A DNA stretch of 64,000 bases from Pecten maximus (Eukaryota): the NCBI RefSeq assembly GCF_902652985.1, contig NC_047028.1:19344001-19408000 (forward strand). The letters are read 5' to 3'. Position numbers and translations under genes: made by a program. Below, piece after piece: positions 52,789 through 64,000 of the stretch; the stretch's first letter is position 1, and every line of letters begins with the position of its first letter. The notes under the pieces are model-generated. The model was not told the origin of the DNA. It searched no databases and saw only the letters and a list, made by a program, of their open reading frames with translations.

Positions 52789-54012
52789 TCAGATTACTTG
52801 AAAAATTCCTTTGTTGACATAAAATGATATTAATCCTTTGATCACGATAGCATCAGTACAGTAAGAATGAGAATCAGTGATATCTTTTATGAGCATTTTC
52901 CTTTTCTATAGCTCAAATATATGTTATAACAGGAAAGAGACGAGGAGGATATTTTTTATTACATTGTATGTCATGAGAGACGGGGTTAATCCATGCTGCA
53001 ACATTAAATGATCTATGACGTCGAAAGTAATAATTATCTCTGATATTGATACAATGTTATGATAAGTAATGAATAAGGGCAATTTGTATTATGTATATTA
53101 TAAAAAAAGGTTTTGTTGTATGCGTCTTCTTTCACTAAGCGGTGTGACATGTTCAACTCTCTAAATGTTATAGTATAAATAGTTCTTTGTCTTAAACCAG
53201 TTATAATACGTATAACGATAAGTTGGATTTACTTCAAAAAGTAACATTCTGCCTTAGTACAGTTCGGGCATACGATACCCACATACCAATAGTTCTTCGC
53301 GTTCTTTGACATTTGTTTATCAATCATTGTGTCGTTAATCAGCTGATCTCATTTATACCCAATAATAAAGCCGAAGTGCAACGTCGGGTCAATATGACAT
53401 ACCTCTGTCCAATATCTGGGTCAATACAATTATAGCTGCTGTGGAAATATACGTATGTCCGAAACAAAAAATGAAAGTAGAAAGTAGATAAAAAAAGATA
53501 GAGACGCATGTTATCAGTATCATCTAGTATATATGTAATGTCACGTTGATAACGAAGTATTATAATAATGCAAACTATTTATTTAAAAGTTACGTCACAA
53601 TACTGGTATATCACTTTGATGATAAACAAAAAAACAAAACATTACCTTACTATCTTTTTTCACGATAAATAATAACCTCTGGAACTGGAATCTCAGGTGA
53701 GGCAATTTACAATGCTTATTTCATCCCAAACGTTGCGTAAACAACATTAAATGTTACCCTCTAAATTCAATGCCTTGTGCTTGATTTGCTTATCACGTTA
53801 CATTTTGTTTTAAAACAAAACGAAAATAAGTGATCAAATAGAATTAGTTATAGCACCAAAACAGGGTCACCATCTGTCCAATCACTTGGGTTCCGCTTCG
53901 TACCATAGTTAGACCCGTCGCGTGTTTCTATCGTACAAGATATTCTTACAAGATTTTGAAATTTTAGTACAATACAGTTGATTCGTGTAGTTTTAATTGG
54001 ATGTAAAACTGG

Positions 54013-54235
54013 GTAGCTGGGTGGCATACTGGTAACACTATTGCCTTTCACCTAGGCGGCCGGGGTTCAAACCCCGATCGGACGTGAAAAAGTAAGGGGT
54101 CGCCTGACCGACCACATGGGTGTTCCCCGAGTGCTCTTTGTTTCCTCCCACAGTAAGATCCCTCGCACGCTTAGTTTCGGGCCAGGAAGAGTGATACCCT
54201 CTAAGTTTCAAACTTGTTTCGTAATTGTTATAAAA
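54013..54235 (+). mobile_element. tRNA-derived SINE with V-domain-like core; the duplicate starts at ~63950 and runs off the window
   Basis: A box TGGCATACTGG, B box GGTTCAAACCCC, then catgggtgttccccgagtgctctttgtttcctcccaca resembling the V-SINE core GGGTTTTCTCCGGGTACTCCGGTTTCCTCCCACA. Confidence 0.7.
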
Positions 54236-54775
54236 CGTGATAATAACGTGTAATGAAACGATTTAGTAAAAAATAACCATTGTTGGATATTAGACAGTTT
54301 TAATAGAAAACGAACACGTACTCTGAAATTATTTAACTAACTACCGGTAAATCAATGAAAACATTGAAATGATAATTATTGTGTATGTACGATTTTGACA
54401 AGTAACATGGGTATGATGGTGACGCTCATATTCTGCGGGGAACTTCCTCCTTTTTGCTTCTTTCTAAAAGGCAGACGAATTCAAACTCAAAAGTTTTATT
54501 TCAGTCTTTGGGTCGAAAACTTTATTGAAGGATGAATGAATGTAGTAAACGGGAATTGTCTGAACGCCGATTGACTGGTAGCTCTAATGACTGTAGCGTT
54601 AGTTAAGAGTACTGAGGTCCCAGCCTCAAGTCTTGGTCTGGTCAGTTTTCCTCTCGTGTTACAAAGTATTCAAATAACGTTTCTGTTTAAATTCAACGCT
54701 TAAACATTGATACTAAATCATGGTTCATTTACTTCGAATTGTTGTTCAAAATGTATTCCTTTTACAGGAATTGAA

Positions 54776-56693
54776 ATGTCAGAGATCTGTGGATACTGCG
54801 GATTGCCTTGAATCTAAAACGGTGTTCAGGATGCAAAAAGGTTTACTACTGCTCTAGAGAGTGTCAACGAGAAGACTGGAAAGGTCAGCACAAAGCCAAA
54901 TGCAAAGAAGTCCAGAATCGTGTACACAAGGAAAACGCCGACTTACTGATGCAAAGCAACAGTCAACAATGAGGAAATCCGAAGGACACCGAACTGAAAA
55001 ACCTGATCAAAAAGGTGATCAACTCCAAGTTGACGACAAAAAATCCGGAACCTGGACACACGGGAAGTGTATTGAATGTGGAAAGAATGTTTATTTTACG
55101 CAGAAATGCAGTCGTTGTATGAAAATGAATTTCTGTTCCAGTAAATGTCTACGTCAGAATTGGAGAGGACATAAGCCGTATTGTGCTGCTGTCAAGGAGG
55201 AAGATTCCAAAATCAATACAACAGATGGACTACAACCACAGGGAGCCTTTGTATCAGGGGCTACAATAGATGAAGTACGACCACAGGAAGCCTTTGTATC
55301 GGGGACCACAACAGAAGATGTAGTACGACCACAGGAAGCCTTTGTATCGGGGACCACAACAGATGAAGTACGACCACAGGAAGCCTATGTATCGGGGACT
55401 ACAACAGATGAAGTACGACCACAGGAAGCCTTTGTATCGGGGACTACAACAGATGAGGTACGACCACAGGAAGCCTTTGTATCGGGGACTACAACAGATG
55501 TAGTACGACCACAGGAAGCCTTTGTATCGGGGACTACAACAGATGATGTAGTACGACCACAGGAAGCCTTTGTATCGGGGACCACAACAGATGAAGTACG
55601 ACCACAGGAAGCCTTTGTATCGAGGACTACAACAGATGAAGTACGACCACAGGAAGCCTTTGTATCGGGGACTACAACAGATGCAGTACGACCACAGGAA
55701 GCCTTTGTATCGGGGACCGCAACAGATGATGTAGTACGACCACAGGAAGCCTTTGTATCGGGGACTACAACAGATGAAGTACGACCACAGGAAGCCTTTG
55801 TATCGGGGACCACAACAGATGAAGTACGACCACAGGAAGCCTTTGTATCGGGGACTACAACAGATGAAGTACGACCACAGGGAGCCTTTGTATCGGGGAC
55901 TACAACAGAGGAAGTACGACCACAGGGAGCCTTTGTATCTGGGACCAGCAGACAAATCGGGTTTCAAAAGGCAAAGAAACAAAGTCGGGGTACTTTTGTT
56001 AATTCCACTCTGATACAATACATTCCACAGATCCGGCGCAATCTTTGCGGAATTCGAGAAACGTGTGCATCAACATATTTTGTTGGTATTATATCACGAA
56101 TCAATGAAGATTGCACAAAGTGCATTAACTTGCAGGTAACTGATCAATGGATTTTTTTTTATCTCAAAAATTATTTACCATAACTATGATTATACACTTA
56201 ATGGGTTTCTGTTTTATAACGTTAAAAAAGGCATAATTATTTAAAATCGACTACAGGTAATTGATATACATGTAAATGGTAAAGTAAGAGATTCTGATAA
56301 ATTACTAAAATTCAGATTAATGATTATGAGGTAAATGAAAATAAACTTAAGAAATATCTAGGCATCGAATTTATTTATTGTTATAATTATTAATATTTAC
56401 TATTTTGTTTATTCATTAATCATTTCTTTTATTATAATAAATGCTTGTTAAAGATAAATATAAGACACACAACATTTTTACAGGATGAAATTGGAAACGA
56501 AGTACAAGTGATGTTTGTTCTTGAGAGAGATGGCGGCAAGTTTCACTTCTGTTGGGATGACGTAGTTCCGGGTCGTTATCTGTGTATAAAAGATCCATTC
56601 ATCGACTACTCTGAAAGGCTGATGCTGGTAAATCAGGCTTCAAATGTTCGTATTTTGAGTGTTAAGCTGGATACTACAGGTAGATGCAATTAA
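54776..56693 (+). pseudogene. Double-MYND family copy 4; exons 54776-56135 and 56484-56693; two frameshifts in the 5' part
   Basis: ATG TCA GAG ATC TGT GGA TAC TGC GGA TTG CCT TGA; MYND1 continues in another frame from 54805 (ALNLKRCSGCKKVYYCSRECQREDWKGQHKAKC); a second shift near 54955 enters the long ORF with MYND2; donor CAG/GTAACT at 56135, acceptor tttttacag at 56483. Confidence 0.85.
55218..55946 (+). repeat. In-frame 45/48-bp coding repeat, ~16 copies of TTDEVRPQEAFVSGT
   Basis: Visible in the DNA and in ORF 54861-56183. Confidence 0.97.
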
Positions 56694-57744
56694 CTGGAAG
56701 GACCAGCATGCATCTATTTTAAATGATTCATGGATGGATAACTCAAAACTTTGTTACCGAATTTACAAAACGTCAAAAATGAAAGACAAAGCAAAAACGT
56801 TTTGATCATTTTCTTATCAAATATTTTATTCGACTCTTTAACATGATGTCACGCATGTACGGAGACGAGTTTCACAACATAGGCTAGGCGCACTGAAGTG
56901 CGACCATACAGACAAACAGAATTGGCGTGAAGAGAGAAAACCTGGAAGCTGTAGAGAATGACGCTATAAGGATTCAGACAATTTAAATATTTTTTTTTCT
57001 TATTATCATAGTTCAACAAAAAAGTGCATGTATATATATATGTAGGAGTATAATAAAACATGTTTAAACCAAGAGGTCTGGCTATATAATTATGTGGTAT
57101 TTTTATGTTTGCATCAAGTCACGTGTTGTGGTGGTCTATACTTTAATCAGTGGTATAACGACGCCTATGAAAGCATAACATTTCGTATTACAACAAAACG
57201 ATAATCATATAAGTACAATTTATACAAGTCTTTAATTCATCGGATACAAATATGACCGCAGCAGCAGAAAGACATTTATTGGATACCATTGACAGTTGTT
57301 GGCGAGATAAGATTAATATTGGATACATGTATTATAATTACCCGAGTGTACACCGGAGATAATTTTTAAAGAACAATGTACATGATTGGCCCTTATAAAA
57401 CTCAACCTTGTTGTCCTCATATCGCCCTATGGTACTCTGTATATTGAGACATGGAGAATATTCGAAAATATTGGAGACTACAAATAAAGTATTTAATCTA
57501 TATATAAACAATGCTGTTTCGAAACACTTTTCTGTCCAATCCAGTAAAATCCATAATAATTCACGATCTGTATTGGATATGACGTCGATTAATGGTATTA
57601 ACATACATAAAAAGAAAATAAGACAACTGTCTCATGGACTAATGTCGCACGGAAGTAAATTCGTCATCATTGGAATATAACGTTTGCTGGCTATTGAGCC
57701 ACAAGGAAAGCTATCAGAATGTATGATACAAATCGAGTATCCCG

Positions 57745-60700
57745 AATTCCACGCTATGACAAGGAGGCAAAGATACACAAATCAACAAGATGCCAAAGGA
57801 CACGAGGCTCTGTACCGGAAGAAAGTTTTCTACAATATATTCTGATTGTTTTTCCCACCAATTTTGCTCTCTACGTTTTCTTATCATCATTTTGATATGT
57901 TTTACAAACTCGCAATTTTGTAGACCTGTACCTATTACTGAACGTGATGACATGCTATCTATAGACTGCTTCGAATTCCCTTGCTACGATGTAATTCACG
58001 AATGAGCATATAGTGATTTTAATAGAGATAAATCTATAGATGTATGAATTTAGCAGCAAATGTTCACAATACTTAAATGATACGATTTATATCTCCTCAT
58101 TTACTATCTGAATTCAGCGGCCATAGATTTTTAGCAGGTGCTTGTTGCTTTGATTGACGATGTGTTATCTGTAGTCTGTTTCTATATAAACTTCTTGCTT
58201 TTATTACGATTTTATGATAATAATAGTAGACATTATCCTGAAAAGGGTCTGCTCTATTTCTAAATGTACTGATACACAGTTTTATGTAGCTACGAAGGAC
58301 GCGGTGCAAAATTATGCTTAAATGATACGAGCTTTAAATGAGAGGCTGCCGGAATAACCTCCTTATTATATTAGCTGCAGGTAACTATCATTTATATAGC
58401 AGTTTTTCATACACAATGCATTCCCCAAAGCTTGATCTGCACTAGGTGCTACAACTCGACAAATGCATTGTGTAACGCATTATAGTTTTGCTGGGAATGT
58501 TGCAAAAAAAAACAAAAAAAACAAAAAAAACTAGTTTCGATACCTTGTATTGATATAGGCCCTCGGCTATGGCCGAGAGCCGAAACATACAATGGACTGG
58601 GTACCTGTTAATTCCTGTAAGAACTCTGTCTGAATCAGAGATTTATAACGTGATCAATCTCTGAATCAGATACATTTCCTTCTGAAATTAGGTGCATTGC
58701 TGTGATCCCATGTGAAAGTCTACTGCACATGTATTTAAGCATTGTAAATGCTAAAACTGTAAATGGCAGTATACAGTCGATATGAATACAATTTGGGTGA
58801 CAGATAAATATAATATGGCCCGTTATGAATATTCATCTGTACCCAAATTGTATTAATATCGACCGTAAACTACCATTTGGTAACAGTTTAATGCCTATAT
58901 TTACATTCATAAAGATTTTTTTTTTATTTACTGTTAGTTATAACGCGTTTACCTTATCGCTGACGTCATCAGGTTCAAATAATGGAACAGCCGAAATTTC
59001 CAGAAGCAATAATATAATCCCCCATGTTGTTATTAATAGCAAACACATAAAATGATTTTTGCAAAAATTTGGATATCGTCAAATATTTCACAATTGCATA
59101 ATTTCTTATTTTTTAAAATCAAAGCCGCTTTACGGGTATTGCACAGGACAGACTCGAATCCTCGGAGACACTTAATTTTTTTTTCTTCTATTGACTGGAT
59201 TTATGTTAATTTCAGAAGAATATCAGCTGTTCAATTTTAAATGAAAATTGGCTTGACTGTAGGTAAAATGATTCCATAATTATTTCGTTCGAAACAGATT
59301 CCCGTCTAACCGGTCACATCAGTGTCACTAACTTAGCAGACGATGTTCAGCTTCACAGGGGCTCGATTTAAAGGTAAGCCTTTGATATCAGTAAATAACC
59401 ACCAAACTAAAATCCAGTATACATACACAATCGGAAACATACCGATACTCTCGATTTTTTACAAGATTTTTTGTTATTAAAACTGGACTTTTAATGCTGT
59501 CGTGTCTTGCATTTCTGAAAATTCGGAAACGAGCCCCTGTTAGTGTGACGACTATTTGATAATTTCGTAAAGATCAAGAATGGCGCTTATACTAAGTTTG
59601 TGTTGACTCCATTTTTTTAACCATAAAATATTACTCTCATCACCTGGGATTTTGCTTTATTTTTTGTGGTGGCTTATGTAAATAAATGCTAGCACTCGAA
59701 AGCTCTCTAGGCCGAACGTACCTGGCGGCGATTGTTTTAAGGTGCAACACATAGAGCTGTACTGTCTTCCTATACTGACCAAATGACTGTAAATTTTGGT
59801 ATACAGTCTCATGAATACAATTTGGATTACTAACAACATACAGACAGATGTAACACAGAATGTAAATACACTGTATATTGTTATATAATTGGTAATAATA
59901 GACGTTTACAAGAAAAACGTAGACGGTATTGTTAAATATCTTAATTAAGCGGTGCATATATATACATGTACATTGTATATACATATACATAAGCTACATG
60001 TACCTGTTGTTGTGCTTGATTACATGTTATCTTAACTCTGTTCGATTTTAATTGTCTTACATTTTCACTTGGTAACCACGGTATTCCAATAATACATTAA
60101 TTTATAACATCGTCTGGACAGCGAAGAGTCTAATACAACTAAATTATACCGGAAGCACTAGACGGCGCTGCTGGGGAAGTCGGATTTTTATCATAATGAT
60201 TTGATATACATGTATATAATTTTGTATTGCATTTTTTTTGCAAAAAAAAAAATAATAATAATTAAAAAAAAGATATGAAAAAAAAAATAAAAAATAGCGA
60301 TGAAACTGGACGTTGGAGTCTCGGGATGTCACACAGGCTCTAATAGTGCCCTGACGATATCCTTCACTCTCCTAAATAAAATTCAATTAGAATATCAATA
60401 TTTACAAAATTATGCTCCGGGTCAATCCGACTGATGTTCAAGAATTCCGAAGGAATCAGCCGCAGCCGCATTCATGATGTCAATATTTGTTACATGTGAT
60501 AAAATTCCCATTTAGCGTCTGATTGGACAAAACCTTTTTATTCTTATATTCAGTTTTGTCTGAAATGTGTACCTCTATTTTTTTTAAGTAATGCTACTCT
60601 TTTACATTATTAATTGATGTATCTTTTAATTCATTTTTCAAGCACTGGTGATTCTAGACAATCAGTTATGTTTACATTGATTCATTGTATTCATGCGCAG

Positions 60701-63700
60701 CCCTAATTAGGCCTACCATGCGTAAACATCCATAATTACCTACGTTGAGTTTGGTTAGCTTCATCTAGAGGCAATACAACGCAAGTGTAAATAGGATAAA
60801 ACAACACTAAGTCTTGTACTGTGACTGGAAACAAGCAAGTTGAACTTCTTGCTATGTTATCATCTTCCATGTCTTGGTGATTGACAGATACGTGTGCTAC
60901 TTTCTACTAATACATATACATATATGTATCCTGACACACCAATGGTTTTTATAAAGGAAACCACTGAAACACGTATATCACAATAGCAAATGTTAGTCAA
61001 GGTGAAAGGAAAACTGAAAAAAAGGTTTCCCGTGAAACGAATGCATATCAGGAGTTTCGAATGTCAAACATGTATATGCATTCTCGTTATCTGTTAGGTA
61101 ATAAGTCAAAACACCCTTCATTATCTTCATTATCGTCAGTATTACAATAGCAATATATATAACCTATCGGAAATAAACAATACATACCTTTTAATCTAAA
61201 AATAGGCCGCAAGCTCTGTTCTTGTAAGTGACATCACAATTTCATAAAACAGACAATCACATGGTATATTTTCATTATAAAACCTAGCTAGTCGCAACGC
61301 AATATCCAATTGTCCTAGGACCTGATGTACTGATGCGGAACAGGCAGAAACCAACAAGCTGTACGTATAATATATTAAATAAGAAGTTTAAAGAAATTTT
61401 TATTATTGACTTCTGTAAACAATCATGAAAGTATTTTAATTCTAAAAAAATGTCGAAAGACAATAATGTTGATGCGAGTATTTTCTAAAAGAATACTTTT
61501 ATTTGTGTACATATACTCTTTGTGTGTGCTTCTGTCAAAGCAGCAACATGTTTGATATCAACTTTTATAGATAAATTGTCTAATTATTTAAAATGCTATA
61601 CCATCGATAGCACGAACATACCGCAGCCTGCAAAAACAAACTTATTCTTTTAAATGTATTTTTTTCGCAATCTTACAGTTTTACATGGAATATCTTGTAT
61701 GCTCATTCTCATTCGAACATTAAAACCCTACGTGATTATTGTTGACATATTAACTCAATCAACAAATTAATTTTACATAAGTGTCAAACGTCACGAGTGA
61801 CTCTTTTTTCTCTATACATATGTATATACATGTATGACTTTCCAAGTCGACATACAAATATGGAATCCTGCCATATCGGCTGCAACCTGACTTTCGGAGT
61901 TTTTTGCTATGCGAAGTCTCATTTTCAACATTCACTGTCACTTGATGACTGGCAGACGACAAACGCTGGACGACACAGATCTCGACAGCATAATTAATGG
62001 TTATTAATTATTGTTGTTAACAGGTTTTTGTCAGATTTGTGGTCAGATTTCTATTTCATCTCAGAATCCTTTATTCTACCGATTTTAGCACAAACGGAAT
62101 TGTGCAACAGACGACGCCTGTACCAGACATCTTTATGTCGACAGAATATACACATTATGTTATATGTATCAATTTATATCAGTACAATCATATATTTATT
62201 ATATAAAACATCAACAATAAAGATAAGTAGGATATTGTTATGCTGGATACAAAATAAACTATGATATCACATTATTGGAAGATAATAATTTGAACTAGCG
62301 AGAAATCATAGTATCAATCAGCTGATCAACAATATAGCTGTTGGATGACAGAAAACTAACTATTCTTATATAAACTTTACTGAATCCAATCCAGATTGTA
62401 GATTAGCAACCAAAGTTTACAAGTTAGTTTTGAATTGTGTTCATATATGTCAATGAATAAAAGCGTCTGGTATCTCTGTTGTATTCCTAAACTTTCGCTA
62501 GTGTCGTTACGTATGCATTTAAACATTCTGATTGTGAAAACCGCAAGTGTTTGGTTAGTTGGATATTATATATTACAACAATATGGTAACAGCGGAGTCA
62601 TCTTAGTATAGATATGACAACAGAGGAAGTAATAGTATTCAACTGGAATACCACACAAGCAGTTTGTATTGTCATTTAGATGTGAATTAAAGATATTTGT
62701 TCTCAGATTACTTGCAAAATTCCTTTGTTGACATAAAATGATATTAATCCTTTGATCACGATAGTATCAGTACCATAAGAATGAGAATCGGTAACATTTG
62801 TTTATGAGCATATTCCTTTTCCATAGCTCTAATATATGTTATAGTAGGAAAGAGACAGGGAGGATAATTTTATTATGTCATGAGAGACGGGGTTAATCCA
62901 TGCTGCAACATTAAATGATCTATGACGTCGAAAGTTATAATTATCTCTGATATTGATACAATGTTATGAGAAGTAATGAATAAGGGCAATTTGTATTATG
63001 TATATTATAAAAAAAATGTTTTGTTGTATGCGTCTTCTTTCACTGAGCGGTGTACTATGTTCGACTCTCTAAATATGATAGTTGACTAGTTCTTTGTCTT
63101 AAACCAGTATAATACGTATAACGATAAGTTGGATTTACTTCAAAAAGTAACATTCTGCCTAAGTACAATACGGGCATACGATACCCGCATACAAATATTT
63201 CTTCGCGTTTTTTGACGTTTGTTTATCAATTATTGTGCCGTTAATCATATCTCATTTAAACCCATTAATAAAGCCGAATTGCAACCTAGGGTCAATATGA
63301 CATACCTCTGTCCAATATCTGGGTCAATACAATTATAGCTGCTATGGAAATGTACGTATGTCCGAAACAAAAAATGAAAGTAGAAAGTAGATAAAAAAGA
63401 TAAAGACGCATGTTATCAGTATCATCTAGTATATATGTAATGTCACTTTGATAACGAAGTATTATAACAATGCAAAATATTTATTTAAAAGTTACGTCAC
63501 AATACTGGTATATCACTTTGATGATAAACAAAAAAACAAAACATTACCTTACTATCTTTTTTCACGATAAATAGTGACCTCGCAGTACTGGGATCTCAGG
63601 TGAGGCAATTTGCAATGCTAATTACATCCCAAACGTTGCGTAAACAGCATAAAATGTTACCCTCTAATTCAATGCCTTATGATTGCATTGCTTATCACGT

Positions 63701-64000
63701 TACATTTGTTTTAAAACCAAACGAAAATAACTGATAGAACATAATAAATTATAACTCCAAAATAGAAAAGGTTCAAGGTCACCATCTGTCCAATCACTTG
63801 GGTTCAGCTTCGTACCATAGTAAGACCCGTCGCGCGTTTCCATCGTAGCCAACACGAGCTATTCCTACACGTTTTTGCAATTGTTGTAAATTACAGCTTA
63901 AACATGTAGTTTTATATTATAGCATGTGTCAAATATTGAATGTAACACTGGGTGGTTGGGTGGCACACTTGACTTTCACCTAGGCGTCCGGGGTTCAAAC
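57745..64000 (+). repeat. Segmental duplication, copy B (no BEL insertion; single GCGAT at 60297-60301)
   Basis: Colinear match to copy A; aaaatagcgatgaaactgga is the empty insertion site. Confidence 0.95.

Larger units (their letters stand above)
42024..54072 (+). repeat. Segmental duplication, copy A (interrupted by the BEL element and the N gap)
   Basis: 42024-44522 plus 52399-52668 match 57745-60583; 52789-54072 matches 62702-64000. Confidence 0.95.

Noticed and set aside
54560-54663. tRNA-like sequence
   Set aside because: A and B boxes decayed and no intact cloverleaf; likely a repeat remnant
55254-56018. 254-aa Cys/aromatic-rich antisense ORF
   Set aside because: Antisense shadow of the 45/48-bp coding repeat

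Overview
AT-rich animal genomic DNA with spliceosomal introns; the SINE and LTR types suggest a mollusc, probably a bivalve (inference). Host genes: (1) a tetraspanin whose whole CDS lies in one exon (14274-15182), preceded by a ~6.1 kb 26-bp satellite and followed by a 74-bp tandem repeat that includes its stop codon; (2) a tandem family of four + strand paralogs with the architecture MYND zinc finger - linker - MYND zinc finger - conserved ~110-aa beta-rich (OB-fold-like) C-terminal domain. Each has two coding exons joined by the same phase-0 intron at LQ|D. Copies 2 and 3 are intact, copy 1 has a 1-nt frameshift in exon 2, and copy 4 has two frameshifts plus an in-frame 45/48-bp repeat expansion. 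A ~9.9 kb tandem segmental duplication (42.0-54.1 kb vs 57.7-64.0 kb) predicts a fifth copy just beyond the window and suggests the 100-N gap hides ~2.1 kb. Mobile DNA: a young full-length BEL/Pao LTR retrotransposon (44523-52393, 839-bp LTRs, GCGAT TSD, empty site in the duplicate, one nonsense codon), decayed Gypsy and Tc1 remnants that the ORF track shows only as fragments, tRNA-derived SINEs (one with an unusual structured 5' module), CACAG-terminated MITEs and long-hairpin elements. Most other short ORFs are spurious. All alignments were made by eye; no database searches were run.
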